Below are positions 29,633-32,000 of a DNA stretch of 32,000 nt, in pieces; position 1 is the first letter of the stretch; the number at the start of each line of letters is the position of its first letter. The DNA comes from Candidatus Saccharimonadota bacterium (lineage in GTDB: Bacteria > Patescibacteriota > Gracilibacteria > BD1-5 > UBA2023): positions 90,001 through 122,000 of the forward strand of contig BAAFHK010000001.1 in NCBI GenBank assembly GCA_042852035.1, read 5' to 3'. Below the pieces are notes generated by a model, which saw only the letters and a program-made list of their open reading frames with translations, had not been told where the DNA came from and did not search any database. The position numbers and the translations under genes were made by a program.

Positions 29633-31456
29633 ATGTGTTGAGTTTTTGGTTATCTGGGTCGATCTGGAAAAGCTGCTCAAGAGGTTATCGCGTGACTTCA
29701 ACGTCTCGAGTATCGATGATATGATTCCGCGGGCATATGTGTACTTGATGAGAATCATGCTATAGAGGTGATTAAGGCAGTAGGAAAAGTTGGGAATCTG
29801 AAAATGAAAACGGATTCTTATAATTTTTCTTCCTATCATGCGGGAATTGGGCATACTCGGTGGGCCACTCATGGAGGGGTAACTGAGGACAATTGTCATC
29901 CACATATTTCTCAGTCAGGAAGATTTGTCGTCATCCATAATGGTATAATCGAGAATTATAGCGAACTGAAATCTGAACTTATCCAGAAGGGGTATACATT
30001 TTATTCGCAGACAGATACAGAAGTTACGGCAAAGCTCTTCGAAGATCTTTTTGATGGGAATCATATTACTACTCTTCAGAAACTCATTAAGAAGATACAT
30101 GGTGCGTATGGTCTTGTGTTTCTAGATCGAGAGCATCCAGATAAAATATTCTGAACCAAAAAGGGAAGCCCGATGGTAATCGGGTTTGGGAAGTGAGAAC
30201 GATATGTTTCGTCCGATTATAGGGCTCTTATTGGTCTTATTGATGATTATATTATTCTCGAAGACGGAGATTTGTTCCTCATGACCCCAGAAACATATAC
30301 AATCCTTTCTGAAGATACTCGAGTACAGAGGGAAACACATACTATTGATGAGGCTGAGAAACCTGCTGAACTCTGAGACTTTGAGCACTTTATGCTCAAA
30401 GAAATATATGACCAAGGATCAGTTATACGAGATGTATTTCGTGGAAGGGTTGATTTCGAAAAAGCAACTCTCCACTCAGAGACTCTCGAAGCTATCGGTC
30501 CTGATGACTATGATCGAGTGGTGATTGTGGCATCGGGGACCAGTTACCATGCTTGACTCATGGGGAAATACTATCTTGAAGAATATGCTGATCTTCCGAC
30601 TGATGTTATTGTTTCTGCAGAATTTAAGTTCAAAAAGAAATTTATTGATCCGCGTACCCTCCATGTCTTTGTTTCTCAGTCAGGAGAAACTATTGATCTT
30701 CTTGAGTGTGTAAAAATCGTGAAAGATCAGGGTGGTCATATTTTTGGTATTGTAAATGTGCCTGGATCAGCGATTGCCCGTACCTGTGGAAGGGGACTTT
30801 ATACTCGAGCTGGTATAGAGGTGTGAGTTGCGTCTACGAAAGCCTTCTCTACTCAGGTAGTGACTTTCCTTATTATGGCTCTCCATTTCGGGAAAAAGAG
30901 AAACCTCGATTATAGAAAATATCGAGATATTCTTTCTGCACTTGAACGGCTACCAGACGCTATTGAATCCCTTATTGCTAAAAAGTCTGAGATTCAGGCG
31001 GTCGCAAATACCTACTCTCAGTATAAAAACTTCTTTTTTATCGGTCGTAATGTCGAGCTTCCAATCGCAATGGAGGGATCTCTCAAGCTGAAAGAAATAT
31101 CATATATTCATTCAGAGGCGTATGCGAGCTGAGAGTTAAAACACGGTTCTATCGCCCTCATTGATGAAGATTTTCCTACGGTTATCGTCAATGGAGCTAC
31201 GTCACTCTATGAGAAAAATGTGAGTTCTGTCCAGGAAATTAAGGCGAGAAATGGGAAGGTAATTGGCGTCATTTCTTCTCTCGATAAAAAGAAAGATCTC
31301 TATGATGCAGTTTTAGAATTTGACTCGCTTCATCCAGAGGTGGACCCAATTCTTGAAGTAGTCATCCTCCAGCTCTTCTCCTATTTTGTAGCTCTTCATC
31401 TCGGACGTGAGATAGACAAGCCGAGAAATCTTGCAAAATCTGTAACCGTTGAATAA
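29633..31456 (+). CDS. glmS: Glutamine--fructose-6-phosphate aminotransferase
   Basis: Starts MC[G]VFGY with the Gly encoded by TGA at 29639-29641. GIGHTRWATHG, two SIS domains, C-terminal KPRNLAKSVTVE. Five track fragments in one frame. TAA at 31454-31456. Confidence 0.95.
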
Positions 31457-31464
31457 TTTTAATT

Positions 31465-32000
31465 ATGCGCATTATCTCCTGGAACGTAAACGGTATCCGT
31501 GCGACCTATAATAAATGAGAACTTGGAAAATTCATCGAGGCTCATGATCCAGATGTTATCTTTATGCAGGAAATTAAGGCAACTCTAGATAAGCTTCCGG
31601 AGGAGTTAAGAGCTCCAGAGGGGTATGAGGCATTTTATAATTCAGCAGAAAAGCCCGGATATGCAGGGACGGGTATCTGGGTTAAAAATGAATATAGAAA
31701 GTATATTCATTCGATTCAGACAGGATTTGAAGGTGACCCAACCGCCAATGAATGACGAGTTTCACACCTTATCTTAGAAAAGGATGGAGAAATTTTTGAT
31801 ATATTTGGCATCTATTTTCCGAACGGTGGGAAAAGTGAGGAGGCTTGGAAGGGGAAAATCGTATTCTATCATGAATTTGCGAAACGCATGGATGAGCTTC
31901 GTTCTTTAGGGCACTATGTTCTTTGGGGGTGAGATCTTAATTGTGCGCATCATGAAATTGACCTTGCACGACCAAAGGAAAATGATGGAAAAATCTGATT
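31465..32000 (+). CDS. xth: Exodeoxyribonuclease III (partial, continues past the window end)
   Basis: MRIISWNVNGIRA, DVIFMQEIK, GYAGTGIW, W[G][G]DLNCAHHEIDL. TGA=Gly at several sites. Confidence 0.9.

Noticed and set aside
1-32000. TGA=Trp (translation table 4, Mycoplasma-like) as the explanation for read-through
   Set aside because: The TGA positions align with invariant glycines (Walker A, Rossmann GxGxxG, PNPase AGxAMG, GlmS Cys-Gly), and TGG is used normally for Trp.
1-32000. CRISPR arrays, rRNA genes, transposases, integrases and long direct repeats
   Set aside because: None were found on reading both strands. The only repeats are short hairpins and promoter-proximal palindromes.

Overview
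This window only reads correctly if UGA is translated as glycine (translation table 25, Gracilibacteria / Absconditabacteria-SR1, Patescibacteria/CPR). Almost every standard-code ORF fragment in the supplied track joins its same-frame neighbour across a TGA. Those TGAs fall on invariant glycines, for example PNPase LMDA[G]VPIKAMVA[G]VAMG, methyltransferase motif I DPFCGL[G]T, Walker A A[G]AP[G]AGKS, GlmS MC[G] and Hom GAT[G][G]V[G]G. Re-read this way, the window is a gene-dense, mostly minus-strand chromosomal segment. Housekeeping genes: ruvB, pnp, lysS, hom, thrC, glmS, xth (partial), tRNA-Gly(GCC) and tRNA-Arg(CCG). Transport and salvage genes: two PiT phosphate transporters (one with a DUF47 partner) and a YhhQ-type queuosine-precursor transporter. 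There is a zinc-homeostasis cluster of two tandem Fur-family regulators, a CobW-type GTPase, a ZIP importer, a CDF exporter and an unknown membrane protein. There are surface proteins (a membrane-anchored Excalibur protein and a DUF937 protein) and a divergent HxlR / nitroreductase pair. The most interesting loci are: (i) a Zn-ribbon/DUF4145 protein plus a zeta-toxin-family kinase that appear co-transcribed behind lysS, a candidate toxin-antitoxin or abortive-infection module; (ii) a TGA-free, Shine-Dalgarno-bearing EEP-nuclease lipoprotein gene that looks imported from a standard-code donor; (iii) a small Gly-rich ORF in which 13 of 151 codons are TGA. No CRISPR array, rRNA or recognisable mobile element was seen. 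All domain calls come from motif recognition by eye, not from database searches.
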